Shown one piece after another: positions 9,962 through 19,860 of a stretch of DNA of 64,000 nucleotides. The stretch's first letter is position 1; each line of letters opens with the position of its first letter. The position numbers and the translations under genes were made by a program. Where the stretch lies: positions 25,038-89,037 of the forward strand of contig JANXYC010000160.1 in the NCBI GenBank assembly GCA_025350305.1, in the 5' to 3' direction. The notes beneath the pieces were generated by a model, which was not told where the DNA came from, did not search any database, and saw only the letters and a program-made list of their open reading frames with translations. The DNA comes from Cyclobacteriaceae bacterium. Its GTDB lineage: Bacteria > Bacteroidota > Bacteroidia > Cytophagales > Cyclobacteriaceae.

Positions 9962-10194
9962 AACGCAAAGTCGACAGAATTTTGTGGCGAAGGGAGGGAC
10001 ATGGTTCGATTGATCTAAACTCATTCGGAATCGTCCTGTTCAATGAATTTGAGACGGTTCCTGTCAACTTGAGTTAAGCATTTGGAACCTAGTCGATGCT
10101 ATAGTTAGTCTTGGGCTAATTCTATCTTTTTTAAGAAGGAAAAAATGGTCGGTTTGAGCAATGTTAGGACAGGCCTAGGATGGTACATTGGTCG

Positions 10195-10257
10195 GGTTCA
10201 CTAAAAGACTCTTGCGGCTTACTAAAAGACTCTCGTGGTTTACTAAAAGACTCTTTG
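10195..10257. repeat. 3 x 21-nt tandem repeat with invariant actaaaagactct core
   Basis: ggttcactaaaagactcttgc / ggcttactaaaagactctcgt / ggtttactaaaagactctttg. Confidence 0.85.
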
Positions 10258-10292
10258 ATATCTGCACATCACCGGCTACTGATTACCGGCTT

Positions 10293-12128
10293 CTACTCCA
10301 CCGTCACCGACTTCGCCAAATTCCTCGGCTGATCGACATTACAACCCCGCATCACGGCAATGTGATATGAAAGCAGTTGGAGCGGCACAACTGAAACCAT
10401 CGGCATCAACGCTTCGATAGTCGCCGGCACTTCGATTACAAACTCGGCCATTTTTGGAATTTGCGTGTCGCCTTCTGTTACCACGGCGATTACCCTGCCT
10501 TTTCTGGCTTTTACTTCCTGGATGTTGGAAACAACTTTTTCATACGAGCTGTCTTTGGTGGCGATAAACACCACGGGCATCTCATCATCGATCAACGCAA
10601 TAGGGCCATGCTTCATCTCCGCCGCCGGATAACCCTCTGCGTGGATGTAAGAAATCTCTTTTAGTTTGAGAGCGCCTTCAAGGGCTACAGGAAAATTGTA
10701 ACCGCGCCCAAGATATAAGAAGTTGCGTACATTCTTGAACTCTTCTGCGATCACCTGGATTTGCGCATTGAGTTTAAGCGCGCGCTCCACTTTTGCAGGA
10801 ATATTCTCCATCTCCACGAGCATTTCATGAAACTTCTGCTCGGTGATCGTTCCTTTTTGATGCGCCACGATCAACGCAATCATATTCAATACCGTGAGCT
10901 GCGCGGTGAAGGCCTTTGTACTGGCCACTCCGATTTCAGGTCCTGCGTGTGTGTACGCGCCTGCATGTGTAGCGCGTGGAATGGATGAACCGACAACATT
11001 GCAAACACCAAAGATGATGGCACCTTTTGACTTCGCTAAGTCAATAGCAGCTAATGTATCGGCAGTCTCACCGGATTGTGAAATTGCAATGACAACGTCT
11101 CCTTCGCGGATCACCGGATTGCGGTAGCGAAATTCAGAAGCATACTCGACCTCCGTAGGAATTCGGCAAAATTCTTCAAAGAAATACTCGGATACCAAAC
11201 CCGCATGCCAGGAAGTGCCGCAGGCAATAATCATAATGCGGTCGGCATTAACCAATTTTTTTATGTACTCGCGGAGACCACCGAGGATCAAACGATTGGA
11301 TGCAGAGTCCAACCGACCCCGCATGCAATCCATAATGGCGCGGGGTTGCTCAAAAATCTCTTTCAACATGAAATGCTCAAAGCCACTTTTTTCAATGGCC
11401 GTTAATTCCATATCCAGTGTTTGAATGTAAGGTGTTAGCGGAAGGTTGGCAACATTTTTAATGGTCAGTTTACCATCGTCCACCAGTGCAATTTCCTGAT
11501 CGTTGAGATAAACTACTTCATTCGTGTATTCAATAATTGGTGTCGCATCCGAAGCCATGAAAAACTCCCCTTTGCCCACACCCAACACCAATGGGCTTCC
11601 CTTCCGGGCTGCGATCAGCATATTTGGGTTTTCAAAGGACATCACCACAATGGCATAAGCTCCTACTACCTTCGTCAAAGCCAATCGAACGGCTTCATCA
11701 AGCGAACAGCTTTCTTTGTCTTTGATGTCTTCAATGAAATGAATAAATACTTCGGTATCCGTCTCGCTCAGGAATTTGTGCCCTTTTCGGACTAATTCCT
11801 GCTTAAGCGATGCGTAGTTTTCAATGATTCCATTATGGATGATGGCAAGTTTTTTTGTGGCGGAGTAATGCGGGTGCGCATTCTCATCATTCGGCTCACC
11901 ATGGGTTGCCCAGCGTGTGTGGCCCATGCCAATGTGACTATTGAGATCGAGGCCTTTCAGGTACACTTCAAGTTCGGAGACCTTTCCTTTCTTCTTGTAG
12001 ACATTCAACGCTCCGTTTAACAAGGCGATTCCAGTGCTATCGTATCCGCGATATTCAAGCCGCTTGAGACCTTTGATGATTACTTCACTGGCTTGACGAT
12101 ACCCCACGTACGCAACAATTCCACACAT
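10293..12128 (-). CDS. glmS: glutamine--fructose-6-phosphate aminotransferase (isomerizing)
   Basis: MCGIVAY N-terminus, EYRGYDS, GHTRWATHG, C-terminal PRNLAKSVTVE. Confidence 0.98.
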   Translation of the reverse strand: MCGIVAYVGYRQASEVIIKGLKRLEYRGYDSTGIALLNGALNVYKKKGKVSELEVYLKGLDLNSHIGMGHTRWATHGEPNDENAHPHYSATKKLAIIHNGIIENYASLKQELVRKGHKFLSETDTEVFIHFIEDIKDKESCSLDEAVRLALTKVVGAYAIVVMSFENPNMLIAARKGSPLVLGVGKGEFFMASDATPIIEYTNEVVYLNDQEIALVDDGKLTIKNVANLPLTPYIQTLDMELTAIEKSGFEHFMLKEIFEQPRAIMDCMRGRLDSASNRLILGGLREYIKKLVNADRIMIIACGTSWHAGLVSEYFFEEFCRIPTEVEYASEFRYRNPVIREGDVVIAISQSGETADTLAAIDLAKSKGAIIFGVCNVVGSSIPRATHAGAYTHAGPEIGVASTKAFTAQLTVLNMIALIVAHQKGTITEQKFHEMLVEMENIPAKVERALKLNAQIQVIAEEFKNVRNFLYLGRGYNFPVALEGALKLKEISYIHAEGYPAAEMKHGPIALIDDEMPVVFIATKDSSYEKVVSNIQEVKARKGRVIAVVTEGDTQIPKMAEFVIEVPATIEALMPMVSVVPLQLLSYHIAVMRGCNVDQPRNLAKSVTVE

Positions 12129-12130
12129 TG

Positions 12131-13672
12131 CTACCGGATTTTACTAATAGGCTTTGAATAATATAAACGAAGCGAGATTTTTCGATCCAATACTAAACCG
12201 CTGATCGATTTTTGAAACTCGGCTTCAAGGGGCATAAGTGCGAGGGCGGTTATCTTTCCTTTATCATGCTTATGCCGGAAAATTTGTTGGCAGAATTCCG
12301 TTAGAAAAATGCTGCCAATCTCGTAGGTATCCGGTGCTACAGCGATGGAGGGTCCCTGGTCGGCGCGCACATCAATGGAAGCAGAGGTTGTGGATGTGCC
12401 AATAATCCAGGTAGTTGGGATTTTTCTAAAATAGTATTGAAGCGTATTTGTAATTACATCATTAACAAGACTGTCAATATAAGGCGACCTGAAATGGTTA
12501 GTTGAATCCAATATCCGGAGCTGCACGCGTACAGGAGGCCGCTTTTGCGAAGTGTTGGTCACGACCAGTTCGGCGGAATTGAACACAACATTTTCAAGTG
12601 TGTCGACATAGTTGTAGAAAGGAGTAAGATCAATTTTTGTAACCAATGCTGTTCCGCTTTGAACGTAGAAGTGATCATCCGGTGGAATAAATCCCTTGAA
12701 ACCCTGGATTCCGCTCAGGGCAGTAGAATTTCGGTCTGTGGTGATCGTGCTAAAGCTTATGGCGGGGTATGTTATGCCGTAGGTAAGATTATTAACAAAA
12801 AAGAATAGAAAATCTGCCCTTGATCGTGTTGCCCCGTCGGTATAATAGAGAGAAAGCTTTGTATCCTTTCCTTTTGGGAAGGGAGAGGTAAACGTGGGGT
12901 CAATACCAAGAATCTTATCGCCCTGAGCCATCTTGAGAGCCAGTCCCTTGTATTTACCCATAAATGCTTCCGGATTATTGATGATGGTTTGGGGGTCAGA
13001 CTTCAAGTCTGCCAGAAGATTAGCACCCAATTGTCCTTGAAGTTTGATGCGCACATTCGTGATCACGTGTTTGGAAGTATCTGTGCCCGAATTCAGAATC
13101 AAGGCTTTATCAAAATCAGCTGGATTGACACTAAACTTTGCCTCACCCAATGGCGTATTAGAAATTGACACAGTGGAACTGCTGTAGTATCCGACAGTAC
13201 TCTTAATTGTGTCCAACACCTCAAATATTTGTATGTGTTGCTGGGTTGAGTCACTGTTGCCGTAATAGTAGTTGTCCAATTTTAGCTGAAGAACCAGTGA
13301 ATCAAAGGTAGCCGTTGACGGTACGACTCCCACCACGACAGGCGGGGCGAAGTTGCTAAAGCCCTTCGCCTCCATGTTTCCGAATTGCAGATCGTTGTAG
13401 CTGCCCACCAAGATTCTCTTAATTGGATCTTGCGCTGAGTTGCGCGTGAGTACTCCCTCGAATAGAAGAACGCTTGGATTGACGGATAAATCAACGAAGC
13501 GGGTATTCAATCGGGAATCTTTTGGAAACCCCACGAAGGCGGCATCGTCCTTGCAAGAAAGAAAAAGAAGCAGAAAAAAACACAGCAGCAGGCCGGCTGT
13601 CCTAACCTGCCAATTCTGTGTATAAATTATAAAACGATTCAGTGTAGTTATCGTCCTTCTCGATGGTTTCAA
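12131..13672 (-). CDS. DUF4270-like lipoprotein (start uncertain)
   Basis: Lipobox FLSC, ILVGSYNDLQFG, FDSLVLQL motifs; lies between the GT5-like gene and glmS; track start is a TTG overlapping the upstream gene. Confidence 0.7.
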   Translation of the reverse strand: MKPSRRTITTLNRFIIYTQNWQVRTAGLLLCFFLLLFLSCKDDAAFVGFPKDSRLNTRFVDLSVNPSVLLFEGVLTRNSAQDPIKRILVGSYNDLQFGNMEAKGFSNFAPPVVVGVVPSTATFDSLVLQLKLDNYYYGNSDSTQQHIQIFEVLDTIKSTVGYYSSSTVSISNTPLGEAKFSVNPADFDKALILNSGTDTSKHVITNVRIKLQGQLGANLLADLKSDPQTIINNPEAFMGKYKGLALKMAQGDKILGIDPTFTSPFPKGKDTKLSLYYTDGATRSRADFLFFFVNNLTYGITYPAISFSTITTDRNSTALSGIQGFKGFIPPDDHFYVQSGTALVTKIDLTPFYNYVDTLENVVFNSAELVVTNTSQKRPPVRVQLRILDSTNHFRSPYIDSLVNDVITNTLQYYFRKIPTTWIIGTSTTSASIDVRADQGPSIAVAPDTYEIGSIFLTEFCQQIFRHKHDKGKITALALMPLEAEFQKSISGLVLDRKISLRLYYSKPISKIR

Positions 13673-14405
13673 CTTTCTTCTCTTTAATCTTCTTAACTAA
13701 TCCTTCTAGTTTTTTATTGTCGCCGGCTACGGAGACAACATCGGCAAATTGAGCCCCCAATTTAATAAATCCTTCGTAATCCCCCGTTTTTAGGTGGCCC
13801 AGCATATTGTCTTCAATATCCAGCATCTTCACCTTGCCCATCAGGTCACCCTTGAATTTGTGTGTGAAACTGTTGTTGTAGATGGTAAAAACGGTTTTCG
13901 TGTTCTTGAAAAGAGGATCGTTCTTATACGTGGTCTTCAAATACAAAGGAATGAAGCTCGTGATCCAGTCATTGCAATGAACGATGTCGGGTGTCCAACC
14001 TAACTTGCGAACCGTCTCAATTACACCTTTACAGAAGAAAATCGCACGTTCATCGTTGTCTTCGTAGAATTTATTTTCCTTGTCGTGGAAGACGGACTTA
14101 CGATGGAAGTAGTCTTCGTTATCAATAAAATAGACTTGTAATTTTGCATTGGGAATTGAAGCCACTTTAATAGTCAATGGTTTTTCCTCATCGCCTATAG
14201 AAATATTAATTCCGGACAGGCGGACAACTTCGTGCAGCCTGTTTTTACGCTCATTAATCAATCCAAATCGGGGAACCAGAATACGGATCTCCATCCCTTT
14301 CTCCTGCATAGCCTGCGGAAGCTTGCGTACAAATTCAGCGACCTCACAGGTTTGCAGAAAGGGATTAATCTCACTGGCAACATAAAGTATGCGTAGTTTA
14401 GACAT
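13602..14405 (-). CDS. glycogen/starch synthase-like GT5 protein (N-terminal domain only, Bacteroidota short form)
   Basis: ILYVASEINPF, EIRILVPRFGLINER, PDIVHCNDW. Confidence 0.85.
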   Translation of the reverse strand: MSKLRILYVASEINPFLQTCEVAEFVRKLPQAMQEKGMEIRILVPRFGLINERKNRLHEVVRLSGINISIGDEEKPLTIKVASIPNAKLQVYFIDNEDYFHRKSVFHDKENKFYEDNDERAIFFCKGVIETVRKLGWTPDIVHCNDWITSFIPLYLKTTYKNDPLFKNTKTVFTIYNNSFTHKFKGDLMGKVKMLDIEDNMLGHLKTGDYEGFIKLGAQFADVVSVAGDNKKLEGLVKKIKEKKVETIEKDDNYTESFYNLYTELAG

Positions 14406-14434
14406 AATCATAGTTTTATCAGGAAACAGGAGCA

Positions 14435-14494
14435 CAAAGGTACGGTAAATTCACCCCCTAATCAACTGTGAATCAATTATAAAGCCTATATTTG
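14435..14494. promoter_or_regulatory. divergent Bacteroidota -7 promoters (GT5/glmS operon and panC operon)
   Basis: caaaggta 14435-14442 (TACCTTTG, minus) and tatatttg 14487-14494 (plus), each 23-30 nt from a start codon. Confidence 0.6.
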
Positions 14495-14517
14495 CGCCCT
14501 TTCAAAAAAGGGCAGGA

Positions 14518-15372
14518 ATGCATATTTTCAGTGAAATAGGGCCGATGAATGCCTATTTGAAGCGTGAACGTTCCAATCTCTCAACTGTCGGATTAGTACC
14601 CACCATGGGTGCCCTCCACGCGGGTCACGTTAGCCTGCTTCAGGCTTCCAAAAGGGAAAATGCTATCACCATTTGTTCAATTTATGTGAACCCCACGCAG
14701 TTTAACGATCCAGCTGATCTTGAGAAGTATCCACGCACTTTGGAGACAGACATTCAGATGCTCCGGGAGGCTGAATGCAATGTGGTTTTCTGCCCGGATA
14801 ATTCAACAATGTATTCAGCGGTTAGCCAACTAAAATTTGATTTTGGAGCCCTCGATAAAATATTGGAAGGTGAATTCCGTCCCGGGCACTACAGCGGGGT
14901 GGCGCTCGTTGTGTCTAAGTTATTTAATATGGTCCAACCCGATCGTGCATATTTTGGTCAAAAGGATTTTCAACAGTTCAGGGTTATTTCCAGGCTGGTG
15001 GAGGAATTGAAATTTGATCTGTCACTGGTCTGTGCACCCATTGTCCGGGAAGCAGACGGCTTGGCAATGTCTTCCCGCAATATGCGATTGAATGCCGCGG
15101 AAAGGAAACGCGCTGTAATTCTATATCAAAATTTGAAGCAAACACGCGACAGACTTCTTCAGGGAGATCCCTTTCCCCAGCTAAGAAAAACCGTAGCGTC
15201 TCAGTGCGATCAAAATAATGTAAAACTGGAGTACCTCGCGCTGGCTGATCGTGAAACCTTAACGCTATTGGACGACGTTGCCGATCCCAGCCGCGCTATC
15301 CTCCTGATCGCCGCGCAGGTGGGTGACGTACGGCTGATTGATAATCTTTATTTAACCGAAAACAGGAATTAA
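14518..15372 (+). CDS. panC: pantoate--beta-alanine ligase
   Basis: GLVPTMGALHAGH, VNPTQFN, RPGHYSGV, AYFGQKD, READGLAMSSRN, RLIDN. Confidence 0.97.
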   Translation: MHIFSEIGPMNAYLKRERSNLSTVGLVPTMGALHAGHVSLLQASKRENAITICSIYVNPTQFNDPADLEKYPRTLETDIQMLREAECNVVFCPDNSTMYSAVSQLKFDFGALDKILEGEFRPGHYSGVALVVSKLFNMVQPDRAYFGQKDFQQFRVISRLVEELKFDLSLVCAPIVREADGLAMSSRNMRLNAAERKRAVILYQNLKQTRDRLLQGDPFPQLRKTVASQCDQNNVKLEYLALADRETLTLLDDVADPSRAILLIAAQVGDVRLIDNLYLTENRN

Positions 15373-15418
15373 GCGTACCGAAACAAGATAATGATCTCAT
15401 GGGAACAACCTCAAATAG

Positions 15419-16459
15419 TTGTTCCTGTTTGTCATCCACAATAAAACCATAACCTTGCCGAAATCCATTCGTACCGTACTTCAATATCTGTTGATGATTG
15501 CGCTAACCGTAGCCTTGCTATGGCTTTCGTTGCGCGGCGTAACAGTTGGTGAAGGGGAAAACAAAATGGATGTAATCTGGGATGCCTGGCAGAAGGCCAA
15601 CAAAACCTGGTTATTGCTGATGGCGTTGGTGGCTTTCATCAGTCATATTATCCGGGCAGAGCGTTGGAGGATGTTGCTGGTGCCGAGTGGGAACCGGGTG
15701 AAATTAAGTAACAGTTTTTTCTCATTAATGATTGGCTATCTCGTAAACCTTGCGGTGCCGCGCGGAGGAGAGGTTTCACGCTGCTATAATTTGTATAAAC
15801 TGGAAGGTACGCCGGTGGAAGTTTCCTTTGGTACTGTCGTAGTCGAAAGGATTGCTGACGTACTGTGTCTTTTGGTAGTAATTCTAATTGCTTTTATTGC
15901 TGAGTGGGACAAGCTGATGAAATTCCTTGGGACGCTTGGAATTGGAGCAGGCAACACAACCGTTCGCGTTCCGATGTGGGCCATCATCGCACTTATTGGA
16001 ATTGCCGGCATGGGAGTAGCTCTTTATCTTTTTCGCAAAAACGAAAAGCTTTTAAAAATAATTAGCGGATTTAAAGAAGGGCTGTTGTCGGTTTTCAGAC
16101 TGGAAAATAAAGGACTCTTTGTTTTTTACTCCCTATTCATTTGGTTTTTATACTTCTTAATGAGTTACTGTGTGATCAAGGCATTTGATACCACGAGTCA
16201 TCTTGGTTTCAGTGCGGTCTTGGCTGTATTCGCATTGGGTGCGATTGCTATGGCGGCGCCCTTGCCGGGAGGAACCGGTTCCTATCATACCATTGTTCCA
16301 TTGGGCATGGTCATGTTGTACAGTCTTCCGAAGGCAGATGCCGTCGCCTTTGTATTCATCTTTCATGGATGGCAAACCCTGACCATGATTGTGGGCGGTG
16401 TTGTATCTTTGATCATCAGTTACTGGCTCATCCGATGGAAAAAGCAGCCCACAAAATAA
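15419..16459 (+). CDS. lysylphosphatidylglycerol synthase TM / flippase-like (YbhN) membrane protein
   Basis: RAERWRMLL, GYLVNLAVPRGGEVSRC, ER.AD, PGGTGSYH; many TM helices. Confidence 0.85.
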   Translation: MFLFVIHNKTITLPKSIRTVLQYLLMIALTVALLWLSLRGVTVGEGENKMDVIWDAWQKANKTWLLLMALVAFISHIIRAERWRMLLVPSGNRVKLSNSFFSLMIGYLVNLAVPRGGEVSRCYNLYKLEGTPVEVSFGTVVVERIADVLCLLVVILIAFIAEWDKLMKFLGTLGIGAGNTTVRVPMWAIIALIGIAGMGVALYLFRKNEKLLKIISGFKEGLLSVFRLENKGLFVFYSLFIWFLYFLMSYCVIKAFDTTSHLGFSAVLAVFALGAIAMAAPLPGGTGSYHTIVPLGMVMLYSLPKADAVAFVFIFHGWQTLTMIVGGVVSLIISYWLIRWKKQPTK

Positions 16460-16917
16460 AAGACCTTGCCGAAGCAAGAGCACTCGTGCTCCAATGGAAG
16501 CAGGCGGGGAAGAAGGTGGTGTTCACCAACGGGTGTTTCGACATTCTTCACCTCGGTCATGTTGATTATTTAGAGAAAGCAAGGGAACTGGGTGACAAGC
16601 TTGTTTTAGGGCTCAATACCGATGATTCTGTGAGCCGTTTTAAGGGCCCCGAAAGGCCTATTCAGAACCAAAATTCGAGGGCCCACGTTTTAGCTTCACT
16701 ACAGTTCATTGATTTGGTGGTCTTTTTTAACGAAGACACACCGCTGAATCTGATTTCTGAACTCATACCGGATGTTCTTGTTAAAGGGAGTGACTATTTG
16801 GCAGAAAATATCGTTGGCGCAGATGTTGTGAAAAGGGCTGGAGGAGTGGTGAGAACAATCGACTTTGTACCAGGTTATTCCACTACACGTATTTTAGAAA
16901 AAATAAAGAAAACTTAA
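16435..16917 (+). CDS. rfaE2: D-glycero-beta-D-manno-heptose 1-phosphate adenylyltransferase (RfaE domain II)
   Basis: VFTNGCFDILHLGHVDYLEKA, GLNTDDSV, VLVKGSDY, GYSTT. Start MEKAAHK at 16435. Confidence 0.92.
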   Translation: MEKAAHKIKDLAEARALVLQWKQAGKKVVFTNGCFDILHLGHVDYLEKARELGDKLVLGLNTDDSVSRFKGPERPIQNQNSRAHVLASLQFIDLVVFFNEDTPLNLISELIPDVLVKGSDYLAENIVGADVVKRAGGVVRTIDFVPGYSTTRILEKIKKT

Positions 16918-16928
16918 TTTTATAAACT

Positions 16929-17630
16929 ATGGGTGGCGCATTATTTATTGGTCTTTTTTTCATGCTTATCGGCTGGATGATCAGTTCACGGCTGAAAAGT
17001 AAATTCAAAAAGTATTCACAAACGCATTTAACAAAAGATCTGACGGGTGCAGAAGTGGCAAGATTGATGTTGGCTGACAATGGGATTCACGACGTTCAAG
17101 TGATCAGTGTGGAAGGTCAATTGACCGATCACTATAATCCCGCTAACAAAACGGTTAACCTGAGTCAGGAAGTATTTAACGGACGCAATGCTGCAGCAAC
17201 AGCCATTGCTTCCCATGAATGCGGTCATGCGGTACAACATGCCACGGCATACAGCATGTTGCAGTTTCGTTCCGCAATGGTGCCAATACAAAGCATTAGC
17301 GCATCGGTCTTAAACTTCATTATGATGGCACTGATCTTTGGTGGGGCGTTTGCCGGAAGTATTCTTCCCTGGAACACGGCCTTACTGGTGATGATTGTTT
17401 GTTATGCTGTGTTCGCTTTATTTTCAATTGTTACTTTACCGGTTGAATTTGATGCAAGCCGCAGGGCGTTGGCGTGGGTGAAGACGCGCAACATTGTGAC
17501 TACACAGGAGTATGACATGGCGCAGGACGCGCTCAAGTGGGCTGCTATGACGTATGTAGTTGCTGCGATTGGCGCTATCACTACCCTGGTATACTATGTC
17601 ATGCTTTATCTGGGTGGAAGTCGGGATTAA
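16929..17630 (+). CDS. neutral zinc metallopeptidase (YugP-like) membrane protein
   Basis: GQLTDHYNP, ASHECGHAVQH (HExxH), TLPVEFDASRRA, AAMTYV. Confidence 0.9.
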   Translation: MGGALFIGLFFMLIGWMISSRLKSKFKKYSQTHLTKDLTGAEVARLMLADNGIHDVQVISVEGQLTDHYNPANKTVNLSQEVFNGRNAAATAIASHECGHAVQHATAYSMLQFRSAMVPIQSISASVLNFIMMALIFGGAFAGSILPWNTALLVMIVCYAVFALFSIVTLPVEFDASRRALAWVKTRNIVTTQEYDMAQDALKWAAMTYVVAAIGAITTLVYYVMLYLGGSRD

Positions 17631-17658
17631 ATCTTGAATGATAACGTTCTCTCTTTTG

Positions 17659-17685
17659 AAGCCCCGAGACTCTCGGGGCTTTTTT
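17659..17685 (+). terminator. intrinsic terminator after the zinc peptidase gene
   Basis: aagccccgag-act-ctcggggctt followed by a T run. Confidence 0.85.
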
Positions 17686-17847
17686 AGTCATTACTGCCGC
17701 GCAATCGGAGAAAAGATGCTTTCAATTTTGTTGTTAACGGGCTTTAGCCCATAATGAAGAGTTTGACTGCGATATTTGAAATGCGCCCGAAAAGAAATGA
17801 TGAACTTTTTAATGAATCTTTGTTAATTCGCTCATTACAACGACAGC

Positions 17848-18987
17848 ATGAATTTTCAACTCACCGAAGAACACCTGGCAGTGCAACAGGCTGCCCGCGA
17901 TTTTGCTCAAAACGAATTGCTTCCCGGTGTTATTGAACGTGATACACACGCGAAGTTTCCAGTAGCGTTGCAAAGACGCATGGGTGAACTGGGCTTCATG
18001 GGTATGATGACAGACCCGAAATACAACGGCGGCGGCATGGACACCATCTCCTACGTTCTTGCTATGGAAGAACTTTCCAAAGTGGACGCCTCTGCTTCGG
18101 TGATGATGTCGGTGAACAATTCGCTCGTATGCTGGGGACTGGAAAAAAATGGTAACGAAGAACAAAAACAAAAATATCTGAAACGCCTGGCGGCCGGTGA
18201 AGTGATCGGCGCATTTTGTTTGTCGGAGCCGGAAGCTGGCTCAGATGCCACCAGCCAGCGGACAACCGCTGAAGATAAGGGAGATTATTATTTGTTGAAT
18301 GGCACTAAGAATTGGATCACCAACGGAAGCAGTGCAAGTGTGTATCTGGTGATGGCGCAAACTGATGCGGCGAAAAAACACAAGGGAATCAATTGTCTGA
18401 TCGTAGAGCGGGGAATGCCCGGCTTCATTGTTGGCAAGAAAGAAGACAAGATGGGCATTCGCGGAAGCGACACCCATTCCCTAATGTTTACCGATGTGAA
18501 CGTGCCGAAGACCAACCGTATCGGTGAAGAGGGCTTTGGATTCACGTTTGCCATGAACACACTCAATGGCGGTCGCATCGGCATTGCAGCGCAGGCCTTG
18601 GGCATTGCTGCGGGCGCTTACGAACTGGCGCTGAAGTATTCCAAAGAACGCAAAGCATTTGGTAAGCACCTTTCTGACCATCAGGCTATCCAGTTTAAAT
18701 TGGCGGAGATGGCTACGAAGATTGACGCAGCCCGTTTGTTGGTATGGCAGGCTGCCTCGTTAAAAGACGCGAAGAAAGATTTTGTGAAGGCGGCTGCTAT
18801 GGCGAAACTGTTTGCTTCCCAGATCGCACAGGAAGTGACCACTGAGGCGGTGCAGATACATGGAGGCTATGGCTATGTAAAAGAGTTTCATGTGGAGCGG
18901 CTCATGCGCGATGCGAAGATCACCCAGATTTATGAGGGCACCACGGAGATACAGAAGATGGTGATTTCGAGGGAGCTTTTGAGATAG
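17848..18987 (+). CDS. acyl-CoA dehydrogenase (short/branched-chain type)
   Basis: GAFCLSEPEAGSDA, NGTKNWITNG, LNGGRIGIAAQALG, RDAKITQIYEGTTEIQ. Confidence 0.95.
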   Translation: MNFQLTEEHLAVQQAARDFAQNELLPGVIERDTHAKFPVALQRRMGELGFMGMMTDPKYNGGGMDTISYVLAMEELSKVDASASVMMSVNNSLVCWGLEKNGNEEQKQKYLKRLAAGEVIGAFCLSEPEAGSDATSQRTTAEDKGDYYLLNGTKNWITNGSSASVYLVMAQTDAAKKHKGINCLIVERGMPGFIVGKKEDKMGIRGSDTHSLMFTDVNVPKTNRIGEEGFGFTFAMNTLNGGRIGIAAQALGIAAGAYELALKYSKERKAFGKHLSDHQAIQFKLAEMATKIDAARLLVWQAASLKDAKKDFVKAAAMAKLFASQIAQEVTTEAVQIHGGYGYVKEFHVERLMRDAKITQIYEGTTEIQKMVISRELLR

Positions 18988-19017
18988 TGCAAATGCATTT
19001 CACGCGAAGGGCGCAAA

Positions 19018-19046
19018 GGTGGAACGCAAAGGCCGCAAAACTTTTT
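19018..19046 (+). repeat. 29-bp direct repeat, left copy (right copy 19863-19891)
   Basis: ggtggaacgcaaaggccgcaaaacttttt occurs at both positions. Confidence 0.9.
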
Positions 19047-19051
19047 TGTTT

Positions 19052-19246
19052 TTACTCTTCACGCTCTTTGCATAAAAACGCATTCGTACAGCAAATCCTA
19101 TTATCATGAGACATTCGTGGCCTTACGTTGGAAGGATTTTCCGGTGACCTGAATTGCTGTTTTGCATTGTCCCCAAATTCCTCTTGAATGTAGATTAAAA
19201 TTTCCTCAAGCCGCTTTTGTGCTGTCTTTGTCCAGACGACTCTCAT
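19052..19246 (-). pseudogene. RelE/ParE-family toxin, 3' half lost
   Basis: MRVVWTKTAQKRLEEILIYIQEEFG is a ParE-like N-terminus; similarity stops after about 33 aa; ATGA overlap with the antitoxin. Confidence 0.65.
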
Positions 19247-19476
19247 TTCAGCTTATTCCAGACGTCCTTGTCCTCGATGAGATTTGCCTCAATTTCAGAT
19301 TCGTCGTATGCCAGCAGGACCTCTTTCTTTTGTTCATCTGTCAGGGAGTCCCATATTCTGCTATCTTCTGAATTCTCACGCTCTTTCAGGAAACTGAAAA
19401 TGGTACGAAGTAATCTATCGTCCTCAATTCGGTCGACTATTTGGTGAAGATTTGATTTCAACTCAATTGTCCCCAT
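19243..19476 (-). CDS. type II antitoxin (addiction-module type)
   Basis: 77 aa acidic protein, IWDSLTDEQKKEV, coupled to the ParE-like ORF. Confidence 0.7.
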   Translation of the reverse strand: MGTIELKSNLHQIVDRIEDDRLLRTIFSFLKERENSEDSRIWDSLTDEQKKEVLLAYDESEIEANLIEDKDVWNKLK

Positions 19477-19763
19477 GGTTTGAATGTTTGTTGCAATTTA
19501 AGAAGTTTTTAGCTCTTTAACCTGTCCACTAAAAGCCTATCCCCGCAACCCACAACTACTGGCTATGGGTATTACAGTATAACATCTGAAAAGACAATGA
19601 TCATGAAAACAGGATCCAACATAAAAGGGCCGGTCAGAATTTGTTGTTTTGAATCAGGGTTAGTAAAAGGGAATGAAAATACATTTTCAAATTTAACGTA
19701 GAGGATAGGTGGTAATCCTGGGCGCTGGGTTTCCAGAGGCATGTTCATGTAGATGAAGGTTGT

Positions 19764-19860
19764 TTGGGATTACAAATCTATCTCCGAAGGAGATTCGCCC
19801 TTCGAGTGGGTTGGGGATTGCAAATCCGGACCAACCCCCCGACCCAAATCCGGACCAACT
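19764..19860. repeat. REP-like cluster with GGATT(A/G)CAAATC palindromes and repeated caaatccggaccaac
   Basis: gggattacaaatc, ggggattgcaaatccggaccaac and caaatccggaccaac within 100 nt. Confidence 0.6.

Noticed and set aside
10195-10257. Mini-CRISPR
   Set aside because: A 13-bp core with 8-bp variable parts is far too short.
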